64,000 bases of DNA from Octopus vulgaris. Lineage: Eukaryota. Under the pieces are notes generated by a model. The model saw only the letters and a list, made by a program, of their open reading frames with translations, ran no database searches and had not been told where the DNA came from. The position numbers and the translations under genes are program-made. Shown piece after piece: positions 41,041-55,003 of the stretch (its first letter is position 1; each line of letters opens with the position of its first letter). The stretch covers positions 11,222,001-11,286,000 of the forward strand of contig OX597836.1 in NCBI GenBank assembly GCA_951406725.2, written 5' to 3'.

Positions 41041-41699
41041 ATATATATACAAATATATATATATATATGTATGTTCATGAATGTATGTGGAAATATATAT
41101 TTGTAAGCATACATGTTTGTATGTATGTTTGCGTATACTTATAGATTGCGTTGAGTGGAATGAATAAAGGAGACAGTAAGTGTCCTAATAGTCAACTTGA
41201 AATATAGGACGCGTAAAAAAAAAAAAATTAAGGAATAGAACAATTAGTCGATATGTTGACTTGTTTACAACACTGAGCGAGAGACAGATAAAGACAGCGA
41301 AACAAATATAGAGAGATAGAAAGAGAAGGATGGGGGGGGGAGACAGAATCTATAGGTACAAGTGAAAAAATCAATGTTAATCAGATATACATTTAAAATA
41401 GCTCTGGGGACTACTGAAACTGTAGCACATTAATCAAGCGATCTCGTATTTCATTGGTGATCACTATAGACGTTAGCAGATAAGTTACAGACAAGCAAGC
41501 AAGCCAACACTGCACAACTTAGTTTCACTTTCGATTTCCAACGTGTTATTGTACTTTTTGTTTGTTTTGTTACAAAGCCATTTCGCTTCATTTACACGGC
41601 AACGTTTCTCTCGGGAAGGCTGAGGGCGTCAAAATAATAAATTTCTGAGGTTTGTTTTTAGGTTTATTATTATTATTATTATCATTATTATCATTATTA

Positions 41700-41743
<44 letters not shown>

Positions 41744-41884
41744 GTCATAGAGAACTTTGACTTTCATCAGTTCGGGATCGAGTCGATGAAAGAAGCTCCA
41801 GTTGTGCCCTGGGGGGCAATGTACTCGACATACCCCATCCTGGCAACATTTCATACCTTGTGTGTGCCTATAACAGAAAGAATC

Positions 41885-42106
41885 AGCTGGCAGAAACGCT
41901 AGCACGCCGGGCGAAATGCGTAGCCGTATTTCGTCTGCCGTTACGTTCTGAGTTCAAATTCCGCCGAGGTCGACTTTGCCTTTCATCCTTTCGGGGTCGA
42001 TAAATTAAGTACCAGTTACGCACTGGTGTCGATGTAATCGACTTAATCCGTTTGTCTGTCCCTGTTTGTCCCCTCTATGTTTAGCCCCTTGTGGGTAGTA
42101 AAGAAA
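41885..42106 (+). mobile_element. SINE family B, well preserved
   Basis: agctggcagaaacg A-box-like, gagttcaaattcc B box, central gactttgcctttcatcctttcggggtcgataaattaagtaccag, tail ending aaagaaa then (ATT)n. Confidence 0.92.
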
Positions 42107-42119
42107 ATTATTATTATTA

Positions 42120-42770
42120 ATTACTTTTAATCTGTATGTTTGTTATAGTACTTGCCGAGATACAGCGTGTGTCCTGGGGCGAGTGAAGAATAAGAGATGT
42201 TACAGCATAGTTGACAGCTTGGGGAGGTGAGGTATGGAAATACTTTCATGTAATACAACACAGACATTTAAATGGATAGGATTTTTCTAAGGATGTGGGC
42301 AGTACTTATCAACACAATCATTTGGATTTCTCTGAGGCATGGTTCTCCTGGGATATTATCTCTTTTTTTCTGGCATCCCTTTTTTTTTTATCATACTTGG
42401 GGAATCTACAATTACAGGAAGAGTTCTCGTTTTAAGATACCACCTCTTTTGTATTTCAATTTGCAGGTCCTCAACTTGTCAAATTCCTTTACAGATATAT
42501 TTTTATCAGTGGAAACACATCTATTAGTCTACAAATATTTTCTTCCCTGTCTTTAATCATTATGTCTGCTGTTTTTGTCATGTACTTGTCTGAATGTTTA
42601 TTTTTTTTATCATACCTAATACGTCTATGATAGGAATTGTTTCTGTTTTTAGGTTCCACATTCGAGTTACCTCTATTTCCAGATCTTTGCATTTTGAAAG
42701 TTTCTCCGTCTTTTAGAGAAACGTTGTCATCTGTTGGTATTGACACATCGATTAGAAAGCATCTTCCTTG

Positions 42771-42771
<1 letters not shown>
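42120..42771 (-). pseudogene. Two adjacent degenerate R4/Dong-like RLE 3' fragments
   Basis: CFLIDVSIPTDDNVSLK..DLEIEVTRMWNLKTETIPII and CRLIDV..EDLQIEIQKRWYLK..STAHILRKILSI, with frameshifts; bounded by (ATT)n. Confidence 0.85.
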
Positions 42772-42817
<46 letters not shown>

Positions 42818-42818
<1 letters not shown>

Positions 42819-42940
42819 GAGAGAGAGCAGTGCATGCCATCAAAGTGAAACTGGGGTACAAATATACGAGGCCCAGAATAACCATCAGGACCACCCGTCT
42901 GATAAGGGTACACCAGGCACATGCATGGCTACCGTATGTG
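42818..42940 (-). mobile_element. Repeat terminus joined to (AAT)n; second copy at 44567-44634
   Basis: gagagagcagtgcatgccatcaaagtga.actggggta follows (ATT)n at both sites. Confidence 0.75.
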
Positions 42941-42944
42941 CTTA

Positions 42945-43890
42945 TAGGGAATTTGTGTGTTGAGATTTTTTGCAGGGGTGACTGTGTTGTAAGAAGCTTG
43001 CTTCCCAATCACGTGGTTCCAGGTTCAGTCCCACTGTATGGTAACTTGCGCAGGCGTCTTCTTCTATATCTACGGGCCGACTAAAGCCTTGTGAGTAGAT
43101 ATGGTAGACGGAACCTGAAACATGTACATCGTATATATATGTATATGTGTATTTCTGTGAGGTTCCTTCGTAACCCTAGGCGGAGTTTCACCCGTAACAG
43201 GAAATGTGTATGCTGAGATTTTTGGGAAGGATGGCTGTGCTATAAGGAACTTGCATCGCAACCACATGGTTTCGGAATCAGTTCCACTGCATGGGTCCTT
43301 AGGCAAGTGTCTTCTACTATATCCTCGAGTCGATCAAAGCCTTGTGAGTGGATTTGGTAGACGGAAACTGAAAGAAGCACGTCATATATATCTATGTATG
43401 TATTTCCGTGAGGGTCTTTCGTAGCCCAAGGCAGTGTTTCACCCGTAACAGGAAATTTGAGGGTTGAGATTTTTTTTACAGGGGTGGCTATGTTATAAGA
43501 AACATGCATCGCAACCAGGTGGTTTCGGGTTCAGTTCCACTGCATGGATTCATGGGCAACTGTCTTCTACTATGTCTTCGAGCCGATCAAAGCCTTGTGA
43601 GTGGATTTGATTTAAGGAAACTGAGAGAAGCCCGTCGGATATTTCTATTTCTATATATCTGTGTGTTTTTGTGTCTGCGTTTGACCCCCCCCCCCCACCA
43701 TCGCTTGACAATCGGTGTTGGTGTGTTTACGTTTCCGTAACTCACCGCTTCAGCAAAATCGGCCGATAGAATATGTACTATGCATTAAAAACACCTCATA
43801 GGGTCGATTTGTTCGACTAAAACCCTTCAGGGGAGAGCCCCAGCATGGCCGCAGTCAAATAATGGCAGCAAAAGAAGGAAAAAGAGAAAA
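42945..43890 (+). repeat. Old tandem triplication (period about 253 bp) of a SINE A head plus flank; the third unit continues into the full SINE
   Basis: tgagattttt recurs at about 42961, 43214 and 43466, each followed by a SINE A 5' half. Confidence 0.85.
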
Positions 43891-44246
43891 AGATTTATAT
43901 TGCTTATACGTTTCTATTATAATTCCCGACGTCCTTTGTCTTTTCATTATACTAAATACATTTTCGGGGCTCTTGTAGCCAATAAAAAAGCATTATTATT
44001 TTAGTATTGACTTCCACCTGACAACATAATGTCAGTTCTCCCCTGACATATTCTTGTTTTCATGTCCATCTAACTTCATTAATATAATTTAGAAACGTAT
44101 TTATGTCACAATAATACAATACAATTTGTACAAAACATTGCGGTTGTTTTTATTCAACTTATTCAAAGTCTACTTAATGTTGGCTTCAGTTCAATTATAT
44201 TATGATGATTATTATTATAATTATTGTTATTATTATTATTATAATT

Positions 44247-44329
<83 letters not shown>

Positions 44330-44331
<2 letters not shown>

Positions 44332-44420
44332 TATGTTTGACTTTTGCTTTATATTTGTACAAGTTGGCTCCAACTCTCACCCAGAGACCTCAAGAGACAA
44401 CAGGTTGGAAGTTCATGTTG
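44330..44420 (-). mobile_element. Probable R4/Dong-like 3' UTR end in (TAA)n
   Basis: Minus strand gaggtctctgggtgagagttgg...aagtcaaacatag then (AAT)n; architecture like 3700-3790 and 42120-42200. Confidence 0.45.
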
Positions 44421-44532
44421 TTGTTATGCCTAGTGTGCCATATATTTGGGGGGGAGGGGTTGGTGTTGTACTAATGAATGTCTAAAACAAAAATTTTTTT
44501 TAAAATTATTATTATTGTTATTATTATAATTA

Positions 44533-44567
<35 letters not shown>

Positions 44568-44656
44568 GAGTGAGAGAGCAGTGCATGCCATCAAAGTGAC
44601 ACTGGGGTAAAATATATGAAGCCCAGCATACCCATTATTATTATTAATATTACTAC

Positions 44657-44729
<73 letters not shown>

Positions 44730-44864
44730 GTTATTATTATTTCCTTCTTTCTTCAAATTTTTTCCGTACACCTAGGGCAGAGAAGCTCATTGTATGCATT
44801 CCCAGATTACACACGCAAATTCACAGGTAAAATATGTATTTAAAAAAATTAATAAACAAATATA

Positions 44865-45480
44865 TTCATGCATGCACTGGTCCAGTACCCGAGCTTTACT
44901 GACCTGTTGGATTATGACGAGTACCTGCTGTTGCCTGAGGGGCGCATCCGGCTGTCAACTGAATCCAACGTGAAGATCGCACCACCGCCTTCCTTTAACC
45001 GGGAAGGGCAGACTGCTTTTATATGCCATGGCGAACGAGGTTGTATGGTGGACAAGACTAAAGGGGCTGAAGAGAAACCCTTTTCTCTTTGGCGAACCCC
45101 TGATCAAAGTAAGAGTAGAGATGGAAGTGTTACCTTATAGCCAGTTTGCTGAAAAATGGATGAGAGTGGTGAGAATGGTGCTAGTGAACGGGCCTGCGCT
45201 GAACAAAGCCCTGTCATTGGAAAAAAAGAGATGAGAAAAGCACCTGCTCCAGGAGTCAGGGCACAGATGGTTCTCCAGTGTTTTTCCATGAGCAGCCCTC
45301 GAACATCTCCTCCTAATTGAGTATTCTACATCGTTGATTTCTTATGCTATTATCTTAATCTTGTTTAGACGCAAAACCCTCAAAACACAGATGCATATTC
45401 ATACACATATTCTTTGCTTTGTCCTCTACTGTCCATTATGTTTTTCTTAACATAAATCATTTGTGGTCAATGGAGAAATC
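44865..45480 (+). pseudogene. Degenerate Tx1/L1-like 3' fragment ending in (ATT)n
   Basis: GRIRLSTESNVKIAPPPSFNREG..MANEVVWWTRLKGL..KVRVE..FAEKW, paralogous to 24785-25102. Confidence 0.85.
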
Positions 45481-45949
<469 letters not shown>

Positions 45950-46562
45950 TTACTTTCCGACGTTCGACTATAAAAGCCTAGGAGCTGATATCATCTCCAA
46001 TGATGAATCATAAATTGAATAAAACCTTCAACTTTGAGATGGCGATTCCGAATGAAACTCGACGTATTCGAAAAACATACGAAACGCATATGCGACATCG
46101 ATAAACATTTCCTTCTTTTACTCAATTCTCTCGTTTCCAGCAGAGTTTAATTTAAATACATAAGAAGAAGCAAAAAAAAAAAAAAACAAAAAAAAAACCC
46201 TCGCCATGTTGGAAGTGATCCAGTTAAACTCGCTAAGTTAATTACAGATGTTTGAGCGTTGCGATTTGTTTGTTAGAGATTTCTGGAATGTTAGGAGTTG
46301 ATGGTTTCCAAGTATACAATCGTGAAAATATCTAAAATATATATACAGAAACGTTAACGTTTAATTAGTGGGGAGATTTTTGGGTGGTTCCATTATCTCT
46401 TTGAAATTCCTAGCATTGTTTATTGTCTACCAATAATGTCAAATAGATTCCGCAATTGGAAACTGCATTGAAGCCAAATTTAGGATTTTCGAAAATTTTG
46501 TTAACATTGAAAATAAAAAAAAACCCAATTAAAATAATAACATTAATAATAATAATAATAAC

Positions 46563-46600
<38 letters not shown>

Positions 46601-46753
46601 TGATAACAACAAGAACAACAACAACAATAATAATAATAATGATAATAATAATAACAATAATAATAATAACAACAACAAAAATAAGAATAAGAAGGAAGAG
46701 GAGGGAGAGCAGAAGAAGACGATGAAGGAAGCAGAAGTAGTATTAGTAGTAGT

Positions 46754-46809
<56 letters not shown>

Positions 46810-46945
46810 AAAAAGAATAGGAAGTAAAAGAAGTTGATGATGGTGAAGAGGAGCGGGAGAAGATGAAGATTATGATGAAGAGCAAGGGACGTAGGAGAAA
46901 AAGAAGAAGAAGCAGAAGTAGAACAACAACAAAACTGATGATATT

Positions 46946-47344
46946 CTTTTCTACTCTAGATACAAGGCCCGAAATTTTTGGGGAGGGGGGCCAGTCGATC
47001 AGATCGACCACAGTACGCAACTGGTACTTAATTTATCGACTCCGAAAGGATGAAAGGCATAGTCGACCTCGGCAGAATTTGAACTCAGAACGTAACGACA
47101 GGCGAAATACCTATTTCTTTACAACCCACAAGGGGCTAAACACAGAGAGGACAAACAAGGATAGACAAACGGATTAAGTCTATTACATCGACCCCAGTGC
47201 GTAACTGGTACTTAATTTATCGACCCCGAAAGGATGAAAGGCAAAGTCGACCTCGGTGGAATTTGAACTCAGAATGTAACGGCAGACGAAATACCGCTAT
47301 GGATTTCGCCCGGCGTGCTAACATTTCTACCAGCTCGCCGCCTT
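46946..47344 (-). mobile_element. Dimeric SINE family B with TSD
   Basis: Two cores head to tail; TSD caaaactgat(g/a)atatt at 46930-46945 and 47345-47360. Confidence 0.9.
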
Positions 47345-47971
47345 CAAAACTGATAATATTGAAAATAATACTAATTGCCTATAACAATGATAATATATAC
47401 TTAAAGATTTCTACACAGAGGCGATACTTACAGATTAATAATACTACGTTATTAACTCATTAATATTCCCCGTAATGTAACAACGTATCTAGTACAATAA
47501 CGTAAACCTAATTAACGAAAAACCCAAGCTTGATTCGATGGGTGACACACGGTTTAGAGTCAACTCATTTCCCTTTTTCGTGGCTGATGCCTTGACCTTC
47601 TGGAAGAAATTAGAGCCAAATCAACGAAATTTCATTTGCTAAATAAGAAATCGCTGCCTATGACTCTCTAAAGCATTTGAATTTTGACCGGTGTCATAGT
47701 TCATACGTAATTGTCTGTCTCTATTATTTCTCTTTGACATTAATGGGAGATGACATATCTAAATGATACGACTAATGGCATAGCAGCTGTCTATCTATCT
47801 CCGTATTGATTTCTATGTAGCTTTTGTTATTATCTCTCCCACCTCTCTCTCTCTCCTTTCACTCTCTCTCTATCTCTATCTCTCACTCTCTCCCTCTTAT
47901 TCTGTCTTTCTCTCTTTTTTCTCTTTTACTGTCTCAGTCTCTGCAATTCCTATTTCTCCCTATACACAGAC

Positions 47972-48077
<106 letters not shown>

Positions 48078-48088
48078 GCATATCTATC

Positions 48089-48136
<48 letters not shown>

Positions 48137-48297
48137 CACACACATACGCACACATAAGCACACACGCATATCTATATAGTTGAATTTTATAGAAACACAA
48201 AAGACGAAGACAGGTGTATATATAGATAAATAGGTTGATAAGTATGTGCAAATGTTTGTATATATATATACATACATATATATACGTACACACACAC

Positions 48298-48425
<128 letters not shown>

Positions 48426-48508
48426 TGAATTCACAAAAAAAAAAGACGAAGACAGGTGGTGTAGACAACAAACAGATGTATTAGTATAACATTTGGGAAG
48501 TGAAAAAG

Positions 48509-48546
48509 TCTTTAACGTTTCGAGCTTACGCTCTTCTACAGAAAGA
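48509..48546 (-). ncRNA. Minimal hammerhead-like motif (core variant CTGTAGA) in a Penelope-like end (about 48424-48570)
   Basis: TCTTT-CTGTAGA-A-GAGC-gtaa-GCTC-GAAAC-GTT-AAAGA. Confidence 0.55.
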
Positions 48547-48939
48547 AACAAGGAGGGAAAATAAAGAAAGTAAATTTGTGCAACAAGTGTAACAGATTTT
48601 AATAGAATTTCTATTAAAGTTTTTAAAGCATCTCTGTTCCCAGCTTAATTAAAGGGAGTCTAAGTTAATTGTGGTTCACGATCACATAAGTAAAAGCTAA
48701 AATAATTTTTGAAAGATTTTTAGAAATGTATTCGATTTTGTCTAAAAATCGGCTGCAGTTGAGAGCTTCGTTTTAGAATACCGAACGGTTTGTTAAATGT
48801 ATCTAATAACATCTTTGTGCAACATTTCACTAGATTTATGATAATCCAAGGTTAATCTACACATCTTTTCTGTACCTGAACTTTAGTTACAGTCACACTT
48901 CACACCTCATATATGTGCTTGCATGTGTACATGTGTGCA

Positions 48940-48991
<52 letters not shown>

Positions 48992-49235
48992 TGTGTGTGT
49001 GTGTGTAGGAGAAATTTATCGTACACGCAGAACATGCGAGAATGTAAACACCTGTTTATGTTCTGCGGATACTCTAGACTAAGTATATAATCTCTTCGAC
49101 GAAGTTATATATGTGTGTGTATGGTTGTGTGTGTATGTGTGTTTGTCCGTGTGTGTGTGTGCATGCATATATATGCATATATATGAATACATGCATTAAT
49201 GTATACTGCTCATATATATATATATATATATATAC

Positions 49236-49266
<31 letters not shown>

Positions 49267-49964
49267 CAGATAGGTAGAAATATATAAAAATATGCATATA
49301 TATATATATATATATAAATATATGCCATGTGATATATATATAATTCACATACATACGCGCGCTTATATAGATGTATAAATACATATGTATATAGATAGAT
49401 ACACATACTTGCATATGTACATGCATTCATACATTAATTTTCCTTACTTCACTCTATTTACATTTATGTATTTTATAAGTGAATGTATCATGGCTTCCAA
49501 ATTTGCCCACGTAGCGTGTGTAGAGAGTAATCTTTGCATATCTGATTCTGCTTACACTTGCGTGTGTGTGTGTGTGTGTGTGTTTGTGTGTGTATGTGTG
49601 TGCGTGTGTTCGGGTGTTTATGAATGACCTAATGTGAGTAGGTGTCGGTGTAAACTGTTCGCTTTGTGCAGATGTTATTTATAATTAATTCTGTATATTA
49701 AAGCTTTGGAAAAGATCATTTATCTACAAGCAAACGCAATTTAAAAGGATGTTTTACTGCTTACACGCGAAAAAGCTTATCTTTACGTGTAGATGTTCAT
49801 AACGTGTATTTGTGTATAACTTGTCAGACTTTACGATGTGGTCGTCTGTATATGTATGCACGTGTAAATGTGTGTATATGCCAGTATGTTTCATGCCTGT
49901 GTATGTAAACGTGTATGTCTGTGGTGTTATATTGGAGTCGGCGTAACTATTATGTAATCATAGT

Positions 49965-50230
49965 GGATGGAAGCACTCCGTCGGTTACGACGATGAGGGT
50001 TCCGGTTGATCCGAATCAACGGAACAGCTTGCTCGTGAAATTAACGTGTAAGTGGCTGAATACTCCACAGACACGTGCACCCTTAACGTAGTTCTCGGGA
50101 ATATTCAGCGTGACACAGGAGTGACAAGGCCGGCCTTTTGAAATACAGGTACAACAGAAACAGGAAGTAAGAGTGAGAGAAAAGTTGTGGTGAAAGAGTA
50201 CAGCAGGGATCACCACCATCCCCTGCCGGA
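49965..50230 (-). mobile_element. 5'-truncated family R SINE with a third tail type
   Basis: Body ctccggcagggg..gatccctgctgtactctttc shared with family R; different tail; TSD gtaatcatagt at 49954-49964 and 50231-50241. Confidence 0.88.
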
Positions 50231-50335
50231 GTAATCATAGTAGGTACTATGTGACTACTTTGTGACTACTATGTAACCGTAATATTTGTATAAATAGTAT
50301 CAGATATGATGTCGAAGAAAGAGCCGTATCACCTG

Positions 50336-50746
50336 TTTATTTACTACCCACGAGGTGCTAAACACAGAGGGATCAAACAAGGACAGGCAAACGGATTAAG
50401 TCGATTATATCGACCCCAGTGCGTAACTGCTACTTATCTAATCGGCCCCGAAAGGATGAAAAGCATAGTCGACCTCGGCGGAAGTTGAACTCAGAACGTA
50501 ACGGCAGACGAAATACCTGTTTCTTTACTGCCCACAAGGGGCTAAACACAGAGAGGACAAACAAGGACAGACAAATGGATTAAGTCGATTATATCGACCT
50601 CAGTGCGTAACTGGTACTTATTTAATCAACCCCGAAAGGATGAAAGGCAAAGTTGACCTCTGCGGAATTTGAACTCAGAACGTAACGGCAGACGAAATAC
50701 CACTAAGCATTTCGCCCGGCGTGCTAACGTTCCTGCCAGCTCGCCG
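50336..50746 (-). mobile_element. Dimeric SINE family B with TSD
   Basis: Two cores head to tail; TSD ccgtatcacctg at 50324-50335 and 50749-50760. Confidence 0.9.
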
Positions 50747-50794
50747 AACCGTATCACCTGAAATATGCATATACACCCAATAGGTGTTTTACAG

Positions 50795-51176
50795 CGGCGA
50801 GCTGACAGCATCGGGGACAAACCGGACTAAACGCTGAGCGGCATTTTGTCCGTCTTTATGCATTCTAAGTTCAAATTCCACCGAAGTTGATTTTACCTTT
50901 CATTGTTTCGGGGTTAATAACAGAAATACTAGATTAACATTTGGGGGTGGATGTAATCAACCTACTCCTAACCCGAAATTGCTGGCCTTGTGTCAAAATA
51001 TGAAACCAGTAAGCGTAGCCATGGCTGTGTGGTAAGAAGCTTGCTTCCTACCCACATGGTTCCACTTTCAGTCCCACTGCGTGGCACCTTAGGTAAATGT
51101 CTTCTACTATAGCCTTGGGCCGACCAAAGCATTGTGAGTGGATGTGGTAGACGGAAACTGAAATAAGCCCGTTGTA

Positions 51177-51177
<1 letters not shown>
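50795..51177 (+). mobile_element. SINE B (50795-51008) followed by a SINE A 5' half (51010-51177)
   Basis: Homology to the family exemplars at 41885 and 9644. Confidence 0.85.
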
Positions 51178-51255
<78 letters not shown>

Positions 51256-51327
51256 ATATATATATATATACATATATACATATATACATACACATACATA
51301 TATATATATTTATTTATATTTATATAG

Positions 51328-51382
<55 letters not shown>

Positions 51383-51510
51383 TACGACGGGCTTATTTCA
51401 GTTTCCGTCTACCACATCCACTGACAATGCTTTATATATATACTTGTAAATTCTCGTTCTAGAAAAATTTTACCAACTTTAAAACATCTGATACAAAAAT
51501 GCGACAGTTT

Positions 51511-51746
51511 CTTTACTCTCTCTTTTACTCTTTTACTCTTTTACTTGATTCAGTCATTTGACTGCGGCCATGCTGGAGCACCGCCTTCAATCGAGCAACT
51601 CGACCCGGGACTTATTCTTTTGTAAGCCCAGTACTTATTCTATCAGTCTCTTTTGCCGAACCGCTAAGTAACGGGGACATAAACACATCAGCATCGGTTG
51701 TCAAGCAATGTTAGGGGACACAAACACAGACACACAAACACACACA

Positions 51747-51812
<66 letters not shown>

Positions 51813-51978
51813 TACGACGGGCTTCTTTCAGTTTCCGTCTCTCAAATCCACTCACAAGGCTTTGGTCGGCCAGAGGCTATAGTACAAGACACTTGCCCAA
51901 GGTGCCACGCAGTGGGACTGAACCCGGAACCATGTGGTTGGTAAACAAGTTACTTACCACACAGCCACTCCTGCGCCT
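51511..51978 (-). mobile_element. SINE family A, full length
   Basis: Reverse complement of the 9644/19414 copies, with a repeated ttttactc tail. Confidence 0.93.
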
Positions 51979-53447
51979 ACTGTGTGCATTTAAAACAAAA
52001 AGACATTGACATGCCGTGTGCGGGGAGGGTCATACTGCCTTAATATCTAACACTCTCACCGGTTCAATTTCCACTCATTCATGATTTATAACTTTCCTTT
52101 TCTAAAATTCTCGTCGCTTTTGCCACCTTGTCAATGGACGCTGACTCTGTCTGGCATCGAAGATGCATTTCTTTTGTTGTTTCGTGTGCACGCGTTTGCG
52201 CTAGCGTGCATGTATGCTTGTGTATGCACAATCTATGCATGTATTATAATACAATTCATGAAATTATATTTAGATAGAAAATAAAAACCGTAGTTAACAG
52301 CTCTGATATCGTGTATAAAATACCGCAATAATGGTTAACTATAGACGCTCTAGAAATAGAAAAAGAAATACCAAGCAAACATCAACACAATGATGCGGCA
52401 GACGTGAAATTAACCATGAAATCTACCAGGAATAAACGGATGAATAATTTTAAATCTGGCGTTGAAGATGTTTATCAATTGTCGCCAATACTATTATAAT
52501 TTCATTAAGATTATGAAACCGAGATAATCTTGATGCGTTAATGGACTTAGAGAGGTTTTTGTGAAAAAAAAAATATGAAGGACCTAAAAACAAATAGCAA
52601 AAATTTATTGATATAAATGACAAAATCCAAAACAGTTATGTTTTTAATAAATGTGGTATGCGAAGATGTATGTACGTATGTGCGTATAATATCCAGAAAT
52701 GTGGTTATTTTTGCACACAAGTTCTCAATAGGCGCCGGCATGGCTGTGTGGTTAAAGAAAACAGTCTCACAGCCGATTGTTCGTTCTGTTCGAAGGGAAT
52801 TGCTTATGTACGTTGCATTTGCAGAGATGTGTTTAACATTATTTTGTAGTTTATCATTATTAGCTCTGGTTAATTCTAGAGGATGTTTTATGTGATAAAT
52901 CGCAATTTTTAAACTAGAATAATATTGACTGTTTTGAAAAAAATTTTTTTTTTTTTTTTTGCATTTCCTATCTGTATCATTCATTGATATTTCATACACA
53001 TTCGCATTTGATAATATAATTTTTAAAAAAAATAAAAATGTTTATTATTGCAATTGAATAGAAAAGAATAAATATGCTTTTTGTCAGCGATCCTCATTTG
53101 GGATTTTTCGAAAAATTTATAATTTCCACAAAAATTCTCATATGAAGGAAATTTAAATACTATCAATTACTTTGACTCCTAAGACACCTGGCAATGCCAA
53201 AAATCTATGAATGAAAATATTTGGCAGCTAATGGGATATTGTGTCCAAGAACTTATAATACTATGAGAATGGTCATCCCCAGTTCTTCAAAATTCTTCAG
53301 GGAACGTATATAAACGTGCAAAAATGCCTGGTGGTATTTGTTCCAACTCTTTATGATTTCAGTTCATGTTCCGCCGAACTCAAATTTGACTTCCATCCAC
53401 CGGATCGCAGAAATAAAGTACCAGATGATGGTATCGAGCAATACTTC

Positions 53448-53830
53448 ACTGTGGTAAGTATTACCAATCACATGGTTCTGCGTTCAGTCCCACTCCGTGG
53501 CACACTGCGCAAGTGCTTTCTACCATAGCCCCGGTCCGACCAAAGCCTTATGAGTGGATTTGGTAGATGGAAACTGAAAGAAGCCCGTCGTATAATATAT
53601 ATATATGTGTATGTGTGTGTGTATGCTTGTATGTCTGTGCTTGTCCCACCACCATTTCTTGACAACCGATGTTGGTGCGCTTACGTCCCTGTAACTTTGC
53701 GGTTCGGCAAAAGAAACCGATGGGATAAATACTAGGCTTACAAAAATTAAGTCCTGGGTCGATTTGTTCGACAAAAAAGCGGTGCTCCAACATGGCCGCA
53801 ATCAAATGACTGAAACAAATAAAAGAATAT
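53448..53830 (+). mobile_element. SINE family A, preceded by a degenerate SINE B (about 53300-53440)
   Basis: Colinear with the family exemplars. Confidence 0.88.
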
Positions 53831-54572
53831 ATAATAGTGAGTGGACAAACGAAAGAAGAGGGCACTCAATACATTTACTTGGAATTACACATATCATTTA
53901 AAATACCGCGAATCGGTTCTGTGTTACTTCGAGGTTCGTAGGCTACCTAATAGGAACCCGACTCTTGTTGGATGCTTACAGTTTTGAATAATATATATGT
54001 ATATATGGTTTCGTTTAGGCATAGCGAGATTAATAACCTAGCGTTAGGTCTTGATATATATATGACTTAGAATACAACTTCATTTTAGAAGCTCTCAAGA
54101 GCACTTTGCAAATAACAATAGAAACTGCGGAAAGATAATGTTGGCTATTACATACTTTCATATTTTCTTATCGCTATTTCATTTCTGTGTGCGTTTGTGT
54201 GTGAGTATAGATACATACATATATGTATGTATATATGTGTGTCTGTGTGCATGTATGTAAATATGCATGTATATATATGAATGAATCCATATATATAGAC
54301 ATATGTATATACATATATATATGTATATATAAGTATATATATATATAGTTCGATTTGAAAATCCCACTAGAATGGGAGAAAGCGCTAATACATGATCTAA
54401 GTTATATGATGTATAAAAACATGTAATATACAAATAAATATATGTAAATATAAAACCATCCGAATTTCTGAGTACCTCATTTCTTCTAATGTAAAATACC
54501 TGTACATTATCTCCAAACCTTCCAATATATATATATGAATGAATCCATATATATAAACATATATATATAAAC

Positions 54573-54654
<82 letters not shown>

Positions 54655-54664
<10 letters not shown>

Positions 54665-54860
54665 ATGTATTTGACCCCTACCATCGGTTGACAATCGATG
54701 TTAGTCTGTTTACGTCCTCATAATTTAGCGGTTCGGCAAAAGAAGCCGATATGATTAGTACTAGGTTTACAAAGTATAAGAACTGGAGTCGATTTCTTCG
54801 CCTAAAGGTGGTGCTCCAGCATGGCCGCCGTCATATGATTTGAAACAAGAAAAAGAATTA
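54655..54860 (+). mobile_element. SINE family A, 3' half
   Basis: ttgacaatcgatg...ggtgctccagcatggccgc. Confidence 0.85.
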
Positions 54861-54961
54861 AAAAAGATATTATTTTATGTTCTATATCTATATGTATTGT
54901 ATGAATGCTGTACTACTACATATTATATATCCATATGGTGTGTGTTTGTGTGTGTGCGCGC

Positions 54962-55000
<39 letters not shown>

Positions 55001-55003
<3 letters not shown>

